This document shows positions 29,043-38,663 of a stretch of DNA of 64,000 bases, one piece after another (within the stretch, counting starts at the first letter, position 1; the number at the start of each line of letters is the position of its first letter). Under the pieces are notes generated by a model, which was not told where the DNA came from, ran no database searches, and saw only the letters and a list, made by a program, of their open reading frames with translations. This stretch comes from Smithella sp. (GTDB lineage Bacteria; Desulfobacterota; Syntrophia; Syntrophales; Smithellaceae): the NCBI GenBank assembly GCA_017993615.1, contig JAGOMJ010000001.1, positions 25,425-89,424 of the forward strand, in the 5' to 3' direction. Position numbers and translations under genes: made by a program.

Positions 29043-29890
29043 GACACGTTCTCCTTTCTTATAGAGTTTCCACCTGTAGAACTGCCAATATTTTTGATGT
29101 CGTCTAACATATTGCGCATGCCTTCTGTATCCGGAAGTGCCTCCTTGATGCGTTGGAGCAGGAGGCGATCCTCTGCCAGCTTTCGCGTGGGTGCGTAATT
29201 CATATCGTAAAACCACGATGCGAGCATCACTACACAATCTGTTACCGTACGCAAACGACTGACGGAAACCGTTCTGGTGTTCAATATCTCTTCCATGATG
29301 CCGGGGCTTATGTTCCGGTCCAGACGAATGTGGGGCAGCATATCCGGAAGCTCTCGAAAGCCGTTGCCCGCGATGGCTTTCAGGACCAGATCCATGATAT
29401 CGAGTTTATCAGCATCCCGGATCAATTGCAGCAGACAGTCAGCCTTAGCGGGAAAATGATCGGAGATATCTGAAACTTTCTTATTGTGACATTCTACGGC
29501 ACAAAGGAGGCAATTCCAATCGTCTGCGTCAAAATGCGTCCGCATTCCTTCGGTTTCGAGAATCCGGTATCCTTCCGTGCCGTGATCGATTGTTTCGGCG
29601 TCATGGAAAGATCCGTAACGGACGAACTGGGAAAAACGTCCGATATCGTGGATCAGTCCGCATCCTTCGGCCAAAAGAATTTCCTTCAGTGTCCTCTTCA
29701 GTTCCTGCGCTATCAGGCGAGCGTTTTCGGAGACTCGTAAACTATGCAGGTATTTCAGTTCCAGCGCGGCAGGCAAAGTACCCTGTTTGTCGCGATGGCG
29801 GTTTACATACCGCTCAAACCCTTCCGCAACAAACGCGCCGGGGTCGTTTTCGTCCGCCTTCAGGAGACTCAATGGGCCGGCCTCACTCAT
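29039..29890 (-). CDS. HD-domain phosphohydrolase
   Basis: HSLRV ... LIHDIGR (H..HD) motifs. Confidence 0.75.
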   Translation of the reverse strand: MSEAGPLSLLKADENDPGAFVAEGFERYVNRHRDKQGTLPAALELKYLHSLRVSENARLIAQELKRTLKEILLAEGCGLIHDIGRFSQFVRYGSFHDAETIDHGTEGYRILETEGMRTHFDADDWNCLLCAVECHNKKVSDISDHFPAKADCLLQLIRDADKLDIMDLVLKAIAGNGFRELPDMLPHIRLDRNISPGIMEEILNTRTVSVSRLRTVTDCVVMLASWFYDMNYAPTRKLAEDRLLLQRIKEALPDTEGMRNMLDDIKNIGSSTGGNSIRKENVS

Positions 29891-30315
29891 TTCTTCTTAC
29901 CTATGGCATAGTTGCGCAGGGCTTTATGAAACGTGTTGGCAGCAAGCAGCGCACAATGTTCCGACTCTTTGGGCATGCCGCCCAAATGTTCTAGAATGGA
30001 ACTCTGATTGATTCGAATGCATTCCCTCACAGAATTGCCCTTCGCCATGACGGTCGCTGCCGATCCGGCTGCATGGGACGTCATACATCCGTCGGTGGTA
30101 TAGGCAATATCCTCGATTTTGTCATTTCTTATCCTGAGAAACATCTCCATCGTATCCCCGCACGGTCCCGTTATTTTGGCGTAGCCGTCAGGTTTTGTCA
30201 GCGTTCCGCAGTGTCTCGGATTGTTTCCGTAATCGACAACTTTATCGGAAAGACCGCCTGTTATTTTCTTCATAAGATAATCAATCATTTCCTGTTTAAT
30301 TTGCTCTTCGTCCAC
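29887..30315 (-). CDS. NifU-N/IscU-like Fe-S scaffold protein
   Basis: GPCGDTM, DGCMTS and EHCALLA Cys motifs. Confidence 0.8.
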   Translation of the reverse strand: MDEEQIKQEMIDYLMKKITGGLSDKVVDYGNNPRHCGTLTKPDGYAKITGPCGDTMEMFLRIRNDKIEDIAYTTDGCMTSHAAGSAATVMAKGNSVRECIRINQSSILEHLGGMPKESEHCALLAANTFHKALRNYAIGKKK

Positions 30316-30380
30316 CCTGTTGCTCCTTGTTGCTCATTCAGACAGAATAAATAAAAAACTCGCGGCTTATATCTCGCGAT

Positions 30381-30779
30381 CTAAAGAATTTGTTTGCCGG
30401 CATCGGGGCCGCTCCTGACCGCATACACGGCAGTAATTTTGCACACAATGGCCGATTTTGGTTTCAGTGTGTCCTTGATGCCGTGAACCCATTCGACGTT
30501 TTGTCTAAAGATGTCATCGTCGGTGTGGATAGTAATATCGGCCTTAATTTGAAAACCGCCTTTTTCCGCCCACCACGACAGTGCAATTTTAGGATTGCTC
30601 TTCAGATTATTCAGTGTTTTGCTAAAATATTGATCGGAAATCAGCAGTGTTTCGCCATCCATAAATTTGAATGCGCCAATCGGAACGACGTTGGGTGTGC
30701 CGTCCTTTGCCGCCGTTGCTAGATAAGCAATTTTTGCAGCTTTCAGACTTTCCTTAATCTCTTCCGTAACGTTTACCAT
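30381..30779 (-). CDS. Pyridoxamine-5'-phosphate-oxidase-family FMN-binding protein
   Basis: Split-barrel-type sequence (IAYLATAAKDGTPNVVPIG). Start MVNVTEE with GGAGGT upstream. Confidence 0.7.
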   Translation of the reverse strand: MVNVTEEIKESLKAAKIAYLATAAKDGTPNVVPIGAFKFMDGETLLISDQYFSKTLNNLKSNPKIALSWWAEKGGFQIKADITIHTDDDIFRQNVEWVHGIKDTLKPKSAIVCKITAVYAVRSGPDAGKQIL

Positions 30780-31101
30780 CAATTTTACCTCCAAATGAAG
30801 TGAAGTGGGTGACGAAATCAAACTGTTGTGCTGTCTTGTTCTCCCGTGTAAAAAACCCTTCCACGGTCGTTGATTATCATAAAATAACCCGGTAGAGAAA
30901 CAAAACTTCATCGGGTGTCCGCCGGTGCCAAAGAGGACTTTGTTTTTGCCCGTCTGGCTTGACGGAGAGTTGATTCCATCAATAAACGATTTGCCATGAA
31001 AAGGAAATTGTGTAATAATATTAAATTATGATGCAGTTCATTCATCACGATGGTTCCGCAATAAAAATGCAGTTACAATTATGACTGTCGGGAGGTTATG
31101 C

Positions 31102-31665
31102 ATGTCCAATGTAGAAAAAGTCAAAGGGACAATGCTCATTGATCAGGTTCGCATGATCAGGGGGAATAAGGATAAAGATTGGCGCAATTATCTGACGTCT
31201 GAAGACTGGGCAATCGTCAAGGGGATGGTTATGCCGGCCTCATGGTATCCTGTCGAAACATATAAGCGATGCGGACGGGCTGTTTTTCAGGTTCTTGCGG
31301 GCGGCAATACGGATATTGTGCGTTTGAGGGGCAAAATGCGCGGGAAAGAGTTGTTTGAGACAACCTACAAGCACCTCCTGATGGAACGCTATCCGATGAA
31401 CGCTCTTAGTTCCTTTGTGAACCTTTACGGACAGCTTTTTATGCCCAATCCGCTGGGATTCAAAAAAATGACGGATAAGCATGCGCACGTATCATACGAG
31501 TACGAAGACAAAAATGACCCCGGTAATTTACCGTTTTGTTATCAATTAATGGGACATTTTGATTCACTGATTGAAATGACGGGAGGCGCTGACGTTAAAA
31601 TAGAGTTTGCAAAAAAAATGTGGGAAGGCGCCAGCGAAACGGTTTTTGATATTCAATGGCAGTAG
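31102..31665 (+). CDS. Hypothetical protein, DUF2378/HNOB-like fold suspected (paralogue 1)
   Basis: 187 aa with GGGAGG RBS. Architecture is similar to the next gene. Confidence 0.45.
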   Translation: MSNVEKVKGTMLIDQVRMIRGNKDKDWRNYLTSEDWAIVKGMVMPASWYPVETYKRCGRAVFQVLAGGNTDIVRLRGKMRGKELFETTYKHLLMERYPMNALSSFVNLYGQLFMPNPLGFKKMTDKHAHVSYEYEDKNDPGNLPFCYQLMGHFDSLIEMTGGADVKIEFAKKMWEGASETVFDIQWQ

Positions 31666-31716
31666 CGTTTTTTAGAAGACTTTAAATCAGAAAACATATC
31701 TTCCGGAGGTTTTGAA

Positions 31717-32277
31717 ATGAATGTAAAAGGCATCATTTTTAATACAGGAAAATCAACAATCATTAAAGTATTCGGTCAGGGGCCCTGGGATGCGTTTATG
31801 ACCAAACTGGTGGCTAAAGACAAATTTTTCGGGAATGTAATCATGTCCGTCACGCCCATTCCGCTGGATAAATTCATTTTTTTCCTGGATGAACTGGTCA
31901 AGGAATTTTTCAACAACGATATGATGCAGTACGTGACCTTCGGCAAAGTGGCCGCCCAGTTCGCGCTGTCGCCGGACGGTCTGTACAAATCATATCTGCT
32001 GACCAAAGATACCAAACAATTCGTCGAATCGGTTATGCCCAAGTTCTGGTCGACCTATTTTGACGAAGGCACGGTGACCACGAAATATGAGAACAATATC
32101 ACCCACCTCAAAATCACAGGTCTCAATTTCAGACATAATTATTTCGAATACCTGATCATGGGATTTTTTCAGAAATCGCTCAAAATGTTCGGGAAGAAAA
32201 ACGTTCCCAAACGGATCAGAAGCCGCGCATCGGGCGATGACGATGTTTATTTCCAGTTTGAATTAAAAGATTCTTAA
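31717..32277 (+). CDS. Hypothetical protein, DUF2378/HNOB-like fold suspected (paralogue 2)
   Basis: 186 aa. The N-terminal MNVKGIIFN is reminiscent of HNOB-type domains, but no YxSxR haem motif is present. Confidence 0.45.
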   Translation: MNVKGIIFNTGKSTIIKVFGQGPWDAFMTKLVAKDKFFGNVIMSVTPIPLDKFIFFLDELVKEFFNNDMMQYVTFGKVAAQFALSPDGLYKSYLLTKDTKQFVESVMPKFWSTYFDEGTVTTKYENNITHLKITGLNFRHNYFEYLIMGFFQKSLKMFGKKNVPKRIRSRASGDDDVYFQFELKDS

Positions 32278-32454
32278 CGGGTTGTTTTGAAACTTCGATC
32301 AACGCAAAAAGCGGTGCATCCCGCATTGTAGAGTATCCATCATTTGCCGTTCTGATCGGACCGCGTGAAATTACAAGCGGTCTGACCGGAAACCCGAGGG
32401 ACGTTTTTTGATGCTGTTGATGTGTCGTATAAAGCAAACACAACAAATTGCTCT

Positions 32455-33300
32455 TTAGATATAGTTGTGCAGGCTGGTTAGAAAATTCACACCCAGATAA
32501 GTAAATAAAACAGACACGAACCCGACAATCGTCATCATGGCCATGCGCCGGCCGCGCCAGCCGCGGACAAAGCGGGCATGCAGCATAATGGCGTAGATAA
32601 GCCACGTGATCAGGGACCATATCTCTTTGGGATCCCAGCTCCAGTATGAGCCCCAGGCATAGTGCGCCCAGACGGAACCGGTGATAATCCCCATGGCCAG
32701 AAAAATAAATCCGAGTGATGTGCTCTGATAGATCAGAACATCCAGTGTGTTCAGCACGGAAGAATTTTCCTTCGGATGAGACGCAGGGTTGGTTTCTCTT
32801 GTTTCTTTTTTTTCCGTCCAGAGATAAAGGAGTCCGCAGCCGAAAGCAACCGTGAAGGCGGCATAACCCATAAAGCAGGTTAAAACATGAGTCGTCAGCC
32901 AGTTGCTTTGCAGCGCGGGAATCAGCGGTTCGATGCTGTGATCGACCCCCGGTGCGATGGAAGCGTAAGCCATGACAAAAAAAGCCACCGGGACGACAAA
33001 CGTGCCGAGAATTCTGCTTTTGATCCGCCACTCAATGGCCAGATAGAGCATTATGATGGACCAGGCGAAGAAAACCAGAGACTCATACAAATTGGTAATC
33101 GGCACGTGTCCGAATCCCAGGTCGTAGGAAGCTCTCCATCGCAACATCATGGCCAGCGTGTGCGCGAAAAGTCCCAGCCACGCCAGCAAGGATGCCGCGT
33201 ATCCCCAGAATTCTTTTTTCAAAATCATTCTGAACAGATAAAAAACAAAGGAAGCAAAATAAATAAACGTCACGTAACTTAAAATCAGCGTGTGGTTCAT
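32455..33300 (-). CDS. ccsA: Cytochrome c biogenesis protein CcsA/ResC (System II)
   Basis: Trp-rich WAHYAWGSYWSWDPKE (WWD-type) motif. ATGA overlap with ccsB. Confidence 0.9.
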   Translation of the reverse strand: MNHTLILSYVTFIYFASFVFYLFRMILKKEFWGYAASLLAWLGLFAHTLAMMLRWRASYDLGFGHVPITNLYESLVFFAWSIIMLYLAIEWRIKSRILGTFVVPVAFFVMAYASIAPGVDHSIEPLIPALQSNWLTTHVLTCFMGYAAFTVAFGCGLLYLWTEKKETRETNPASHPKENSSVLNTLDVLIYQSTSLGFIFLAMGIITGSVWAHYAWGSYWSWDPKEIWSLITWLIYAIMLHARFVRGWRGRRMAMMTIVGFVSVLFTYLGVNFLTSLHNYI

Positions 33301-34634
33301 GCCGCCAGCTCCTTTTCCATCCATGCGCACAAATCATCAAGTCGCCTCTGCAACGCTTCGTTATAACGATGACTGCGCCCGGCCACGCGGATTCTGACGC
33401 CTGCCGGATCCTGTTCCAGCAGAAACCAGATACGCCGATACGCAATGAAAAAGATGACCATCATGCCGGCGATCAGAATCAATCCGCCGGCCAGAACAAA
33501 CGGGACACCCGGATCGCGGACAACCTGTAACCCGGTGTAATATTTTCCTTCAATCCCCCGGAGAGAAAAAACCAGGGGTTTGAAAAGGCCCGGATTAAAA
33601 AGAGGGACGGCGGAAAATAAGCCGGGGTTTACATCCGCGATATCCTGAATATGCTGAAACACCCAGAACTGGATATTTCTCTTGTCCGTTTCAATATTTA
33701 GTTTTACGGCCGGACCGAACTGCATCATATTTTCTTCCACGCGCAAAACGGTGGCCTTTGCCTTCTGAACGGGAAGATCAAACGTGTCTCCCTGTCCTGC
33801 TGAGATTTCCGGGCTCTCCGCTCCGGCGTTGCTGTATGTCAGACGGGCTCTGCTTTTTTCAGAGACACCGTAGCTTGCCTGATAAAAACGCAGGCCGTCA
33901 AACGATAGCGGATGATTGACCAGCACAGAACCCTGACGCACGACCTGTCCATTTTTGATGAAACTTAACTCCGATCGATAGGTTTTTGGGACTCCTGTGT
34001 CATAAAATTCCACAACAAATTTGTCGCATCGAACGGAAAAATCAAGCGGGTGTTCACCCTCGCCATTCCGCAGCTGGATAATGTTTGTTTCTTCGCCTTC
34101 GGAAAGTCTGAGATCCGCCTCAAGACCGAACACTGAGCCGATCACCATGCCCGCAATAATCATCAAAACGCCAAGATGGACAACGTAAACGCCGAACAGG
34201 GATAGGCGCCCCGATTCGCGATAAAGCATTTTCCCCTTTTCCAGCTTTGTTTCTTTAACCGAAAATAGTTTCGATTTGAGAAGAGATTCGACCGCGCGGC
34301 TGACGGTTTCCATCTTTTTATCCGTCACGATTATCCGGTTTGGAGCAAGATTTTCAAACAGCCCGGAAGGTGGCGGGAAAGAGGGCGTCTTGTATTGTTT
34401 TATGGCGAAAGGAATTCGTTGGATGGAGCAAACCATCAGATTCAGTGAGAAAAGCCCCATCAACACATAAAACATTTTGGAATGATAAAGGTCATTGAGC
34501 CAGAGCCATTCGGAATCCATTCTCTGCGGCGGCACCAGCGTGGCCACAATAAAGATCACCACCATGAAAAAAAGCAAAACGATGGCAAGTTTGACGGAAG
34601 CAAGAAAAGACCAGATGAAATTCGCTTTTTTCAA
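33297..34634 (-). CDS. ccsB: Cytochrome c biogenesis protein CcsB/ResB (System II)
   Basis: 445 aa with ResB-like topology: N-terminal TM segments, a large periplasmic loop and a C-terminal TM. Coupled to ccsA. Confidence 0.85.
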   Translation of the reverse strand: MKKANFIWSFLASVKLAIVLLFFMVVIFIVATLVPPQRMDSEWLWLNDLYHSKMFYVLMGLFSLNLMVCSIQRIPFAIKQYKTPSFPPPSGLFENLAPNRIIVTDKKMETVSRAVESLLKSKLFSVKETKLEKGKMLYRESGRLSLFGVYVVHLGVLMIIAGMVIGSVFGLEADLRLSEGEETNIIQLRNGEGEHPLDFSVRCDKFVVEFYDTGVPKTYRSELSFIKNGQVVRQGSVLVNHPLSFDGLRFYQASYGVSEKSRARLTYSNAGAESPEISAGQGDTFDLPVQKAKATVLRVEENMMQFGPAVKLNIETDKRNIQFWVFQHIQDIADVNPGLFSAVPLFNPGLFKPLVFSLRGIEGKYYTGLQVVRDPGVPFVLAGGLILIAGMMVIFFIAYRRIWFLLEQDPAGVRIRVAGRSHRYNEALQRRLDDLCAWMEKELAA

Positions 34635-34825
34635 TGGTTTCTGCCCTTAAAGAAAAGAAAATTTTTCCAGAAAACTTAACATCTAATGTGCTTTCTGTCA
34701 AAGAGTACCTTGCTCAGACAGCCCGGACGAACTTCTTGACAAAACAACCGGTTTACCTTATCGTTTAATTGTCTTTCAGTGTTTTATTGATGTGATTGTC
34801 GCAGCAATTCAACAAGGAAAATGAT

Positions 34826-36091
34826 ATGGCCGATTCCGGCAAAAAGCGGTTCCTCCCACATATCAAATCTGCCTTTGAACGCGTCTTATCCGGTGGATGG
34901 ATTTATCTCTTGTTTGTCGGCCTGTTCGGTATTTTTCTTCTCATAGGAATTGGTGCCGGGATTCATGCGTTGTTTATCGCCGGCAGCCGTCATGCCTACG
35001 CGACATCACGGGAAATTCCCGTTGCCATTCTGATTGCCACGTATGTTTTTTTTGTTGTCGCTTCAACGGGGCTTTGTCTGGTGTCGTCACTGGGACATGT
35101 CTTCGGCGTGGAAAACTTCCTGCCCCTGGCGAAACGTTGTGTTTACCTGGCGATCATTACCATTCTTTCCGGATTCCTGGTGATCGGCCTGGAAATTGAA
35201 AATCCTTTCCGCATGGCGATATACAACGTTATTTCGCCCAACTTCTCTTCCAATATCTGGTGGATGGGAACCCTGTACGGGTTTGCCGTCGTTTTTCTGA
35301 CGATTGAATTCATTCTTCTGTTTAATGAAGCGCACCACCATAAAGCTGTCATTGCCGGTTTCCTCGGCGTCATTACGGAAGTCGCCGCCAACAGCAACCT
35401 GGGCGGTGTTTTCGCGATGATGCATGGGCGCCCTTACTGGTACGGCCCTTATTTCCCCGTTTATTTTATTTTATCCGCCCTTATTACGGGCTGCGCTTTT
35501 ATTCTGTTTTTCTTTTTTCTCGCCCACAAAGCGGTCAACAAAAAACCATTCATGGAATCGACGCAAACCGCTCTGAAAGCCGTATCGAAACTGACGCTGC
35601 TTTTGCTGGCCGTCATGATGATCTTCACCGCGTGGAAGGTTTTGACGACCTCCGTTGGCAGTCCTGCCGCCGCCGCCGCGTTGAGCGTGTTAACTGAAGG
35701 ACCCTATTCATTCAACTTCTGGACCATTGAAATCCTTGTCGGAATGGTCATTCCTTTTGTTTTAATTCTGGCATCAAGAGGCAGGAATCTGACGGTCATG
35801 TTCATCGCCGCCGTCATGATGATTTTCAGCCTTTTCTTCACCCGTCTGGATATGGTGGTTGTCGGACAGATTGTCCCGCAATATTTTGAAGTGGGTGTTG
35901 TGGAATATTCCAAATTGCATACCTATTCTCCGAGCATTCACGAAATCCTTGTGGTGCTGGGAGGGATAAGTTTCTGCCTGCTGGCATTTTTGCTGGGTGA
36001 AAAAGTATTTTCCGGTTTCGCAGATTCACCGCAGACCGACATCATGAAAGAAAAAACAACGGACGTTGCCGGAGTGGAAGAACTGACATGA
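34826..36091 (+). CDS. NrfD/PsrC-family polytopic quinol-interacting membrane subunit
   Basis: About 10 TM segments. 4-nt overlap with the downstream NrfC-like gene. ATG at 34826 is preferred to the TTG at 34796. Confidence 0.8.
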   Translation: MADSGKKRFLPHIKSAFERVLSGGWIYLLFVGLFGIFLLIGIGAGIHALFIAGSRHAYATSREIPVAILIATYVFFVVASTGLCLVSSLGHVFGVENFLPLAKRCVYLAIITILSGFLVIGLEIENPFRMAIYNVISPNFSSNIWWMGTLYGFAVVFLTIEFILLFNEAHHHKAVIAGFLGVITEVAANSNLGGVFAMMHGRPYWYGPYFPVYFILSALITGCAFILFFFFLAHKAVNKKPFMESTQTALKAVSKLTLLLLAVMMIFTAWKVLTTSVGSPAAAAALSVLTEGPYSFNFWTIEILVGMVIPFVLILASRGRNLTVMFIAAVMMIFSLFFTRLDMVVVGQIVPQYFEVGVVEYSKLHTYSPSIHEILVVLGGISFCLLAFLLGEKVFSGFADSPQTDIMKEKTTDVAGVEELT

Positions 36092-36825
36092 CGGATAAGG
36101 CGAGCCATAAAAATATTCCGGAATCTCCGCTTGATGCTGAACGGCGGGCATTTCTGAAAATCGGTCTGAAAATTACCGGCGTGCTCGCCGGCGGCTCAAT
36201 ATTGTCTTTAGTCTCCAACATCAACAAGGCTTATTCTCTTGATCTTTTTCGGGAGAAATACCCTTATAAACCTCATTACGCGATGGTGTTAAGACAGGAC
36301 CGCTGCATTGATTGCGAAAAATGCATGAAAGCCTGTATTGAAACCAATCATGTTCCGGATTACGGCTGGCGGACAAAGATTTTAAAACGCGACCTTTCGT
36401 CGGCGCTTGATCAGAAATGGGAATTTATTCCCATCCTCTGCAATCAATGCAACAATCCTCCGTGCGTGCGCACCTGCCCGACGACGGCGACGTATAAGGA
36501 TAAGACCAACGGCATCGTGCAGATGAACAACAAAAAATGCATCGGGTGCAAATCCTGTATTATGGCCTGCCCCTACGATGCCCGCTATTATAATGAAGAA
36601 AAAGGTGCCATTGATAAATGCGATTTCTGTTTTGAGTCCAGGCTGTCCAAAGGCATTAATACCCCGGCCTGCGTTGAAGCCTGTCCCTCGGATGTCCGTA
36701 TTTTCGGAGATTTGTCGGATCCGTCCAGCAGAGTGTTTCAACTTGTTCACCAGTTGCAAAGACCTGTGTGGGTGCTGCGGCAGGAGATCGGTGCGAAACC
36801 GAATATTTTTTATATGAAGGGTTGA
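36088..36825 (+). CDS. NrfC/HybA-type 4x[4Fe-4S] ferredoxin subunit with Tat signal
   Basis: Twin-arginine ERRAFLKIG. Four Cys clusters: CIDCEKCMKAC, CNQCNNPPCVRTC, CIGCKSCIMAC, CDFC...CVEAC. Confidence 0.88.
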   Translation: MTDKASHKNIPESPLDAERRAFLKIGLKITGVLAGGSILSLVSNINKAYSLDLFREKYPYKPHYAMVLRQDRCIDCEKCMKACIETNHVPDYGWRTKILKRDLSSALDQKWEFIPILCNQCNNPPCVRTCPTTATYKDKTNGIVQMNNKKCIGCKSCIMACPYDARYYNEEKGAIDKCDFCFESRLSKGINTPACVEACPSDVRIFGDLSDPSSRVFQLVHQLQRPVWVLRQEIGAKPNIFYMKG

Positions 36826-36835
36826 TGATTCAGCA

Positions 36836-38647
36836 ATGAAAAGAAATCTTGTTCTTATAATTCTTCTCGCTCTTTTCTGCATCGCCAATGTCGGTTCTAC
36901 CGGAAAAAGCAGTTTTTCCGACGGCGGTGGCATTCTGTATACGCAGCCGGTGAAATCCGTTATTTTCCGCCATCAGCATCATGTGGATGTAAAAAAAATA
37001 AGTTGTGAGAAATGCCACAGCGGCTTGTTTGAAATGCAGGCTTTGCTTGCCCAGGAGAAAAAGGATTTTATTATGGATTCTCTCTACAAGGGCAGGTACT
37101 GCGGCGCGTGTCATAACGGCAAAGACGCTTTTGCATCCGATAAACAGTGCGCCAGATGCCATGTCCGCATCAGCGAAAAAGATGTGGGGCACGTGAAAGG
37201 TAAAGCCAAGCCATACAAAGCGCCTGTTTACAGTACGGTGGCCACTTTGGGAAAAGACCAGCGGAAGGTCCCGTTCAACCACGAAAAGCATGCGTCGCTG
37301 AATTGCATGGATTGTCATTCGAAACTTTTTCAAATCAGAAAAGGATCAACCAAGATTGCCCTGGAAACGCATCAGTCGCAAAAATATTGCTTTAACTGTC
37401 ACAACGGGAAAAAAGAGTTTTCCTGGAACAATTGTACAAAATGCCATCAGAACTGGAAGGATATTAAACCGTACGGTATTCTGACGGCAAGAGCCGACAG
37501 AGGAAGCTGTGTTGCCTGCCACACCAATCCGGATGAAATGAAATCGCTCGTCAAGCCGCCCGAAATAGGCGGCGAGGCCGAGGGGTGAGCTGGCGCTCCT
37601 CCCCCGGTCCGGGCGGAAGAATACTACAAAGGTTATCTGGTCGATAAAGGAATGATCGGCAAGGAGTTCCATCTTTCGATGGATTGCATTGCCTGTCATC
37701 AAGGCAACAAGCTCGCAAAAACAAAGGAGAAAGCTCATCAAGGACGTATCGCCAGACCGTCCGACAATCTTAAAACCTGCGGCATCTGTCATATAACAGC
37801 CGGACAAAATTACGCCAAGGCCCTTCATTATACGAGCCTGGGCCAGCGCGAAGGCGTCAAACACCGGTTTTCTGCGGCAGAATTGAAAACGTTTGATCAG
37901 AAAGTTTTTGAAAAATCATGCCGATCCTGTCACGCTTCCTGCGGAAGCTGCCACGTCAAATCGCCGCCTGTCGGCGGCATCACCACCGGCCTTCTCCAGG
38001 GCCATAAATTTGTGAAGAAAAACGAAGGCAAAACCTGTGCTTCATGTCACGGTGGAAGAGTATATCCCGAATTTACCGGTGAATACGGCGGCACCCCTGA
38101 TGTCCACTACCAGAAGGGCATGATGTGCAATGACTGCCACAACAAACAGGAAATGCACGGCGACGGCAAATTATATAAATCAAAAAATGATGTCAAAGAC
38201 CGCCCGAAATGCCTGTCCTGCCATCAGGATAAAGGCAATCAGGTCGCGCACACCATTCATAAGGATAAAGTCAGCTGTCAGGGCTGCCATTCTTCCGGCC
38301 AATATCGCCAGTGTTATAGCTGTCATGCCGTGCATGGGTCAAAGGCCGAGCCCGGCTTTATCCTGGGGCTGAATCCGCGTGACCGCAAGACCTTGACAAC
38401 CCTCAGGGTCATACCTACTATAAGAAGTACATTTGAGCCTAACGGAATAAAAATGGAGAATTTTGATGCTCTGCCCAATTACTGGAATTCGCCGGTGCAC
38501 AACATTAAAAAGCGAACAAACAGGACACGCTCCTGCGATGCATGCCATGTGAATAAAGAAGGTTTCCTGAAACCTGAAGGGCTGATTAAAGACGGATCTA
38601 AAGAAAATGAGAAACTAATTTATGACATTAAACCAATAAGCAAATAA
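36836..38647 (+). CDS. Candidate selenocysteine-containing 17-haem c-type cytochrome (7-haem N-part including two c7-like trihaem repeats, U251, 10-haem C-part)
   Basis: Track ORFs 36836-37588 and 37652-38647 share one frame and are separated only by the TGA at 37586-37588. There is one Sec signal peptide, at the N-terminus only. 17 CxxCH motifs. A SECIS-like hairpin lies downstream of the TGA. Confidence 0.6.
37599..37616 (+). promoter_or_regulatory. SECIS-like GC-rich hairpin
   Basis: CCC-CGGUCC-GGG with extra flanking pairs. GGUC lies at +21..+24 from the U of UGA, the same spacing as in the Prx gene. Confidence 0.4.
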
Positions 38648-38663
38648 AAACAGGAGGATCTTT

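Noticed and set aside
28293-29237. Long N-terminal extensions in ORF-track calls. Other examples are 53471-54382, 41811-42065, 41053-41328, 39669-40655, 44460-45731 and 30381-30911.
   Set aside because: The extensions overlap upstream genes or lack protein-like composition. Internal Met codons with well-spaced Shine-Dalgarno sequences give family-typical N-termini.
30970-30982. TTGA-TTCCA-TCAA palindrome as a third FNR-type box. The similar TTGAT-TT-ATCAA at about 27466-27477 was also considered.
   Set aside because: The spacer is one nt too short here (N5 between TTGA/TCAA instead of N6). In the second case the spacing is N2.
37652-38647. The 10-haem cytochrome as an independent gene starting at ATG 37652, as listed in the ORF track
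   Set aside because: It has no signal peptide although it carries ten CxxCH motifs, and its purine-rich tract directly abuts the ATG. It shares a frame with the upstream cytochrome, with only one TGA between them. Read-through (Sec) is the better model.
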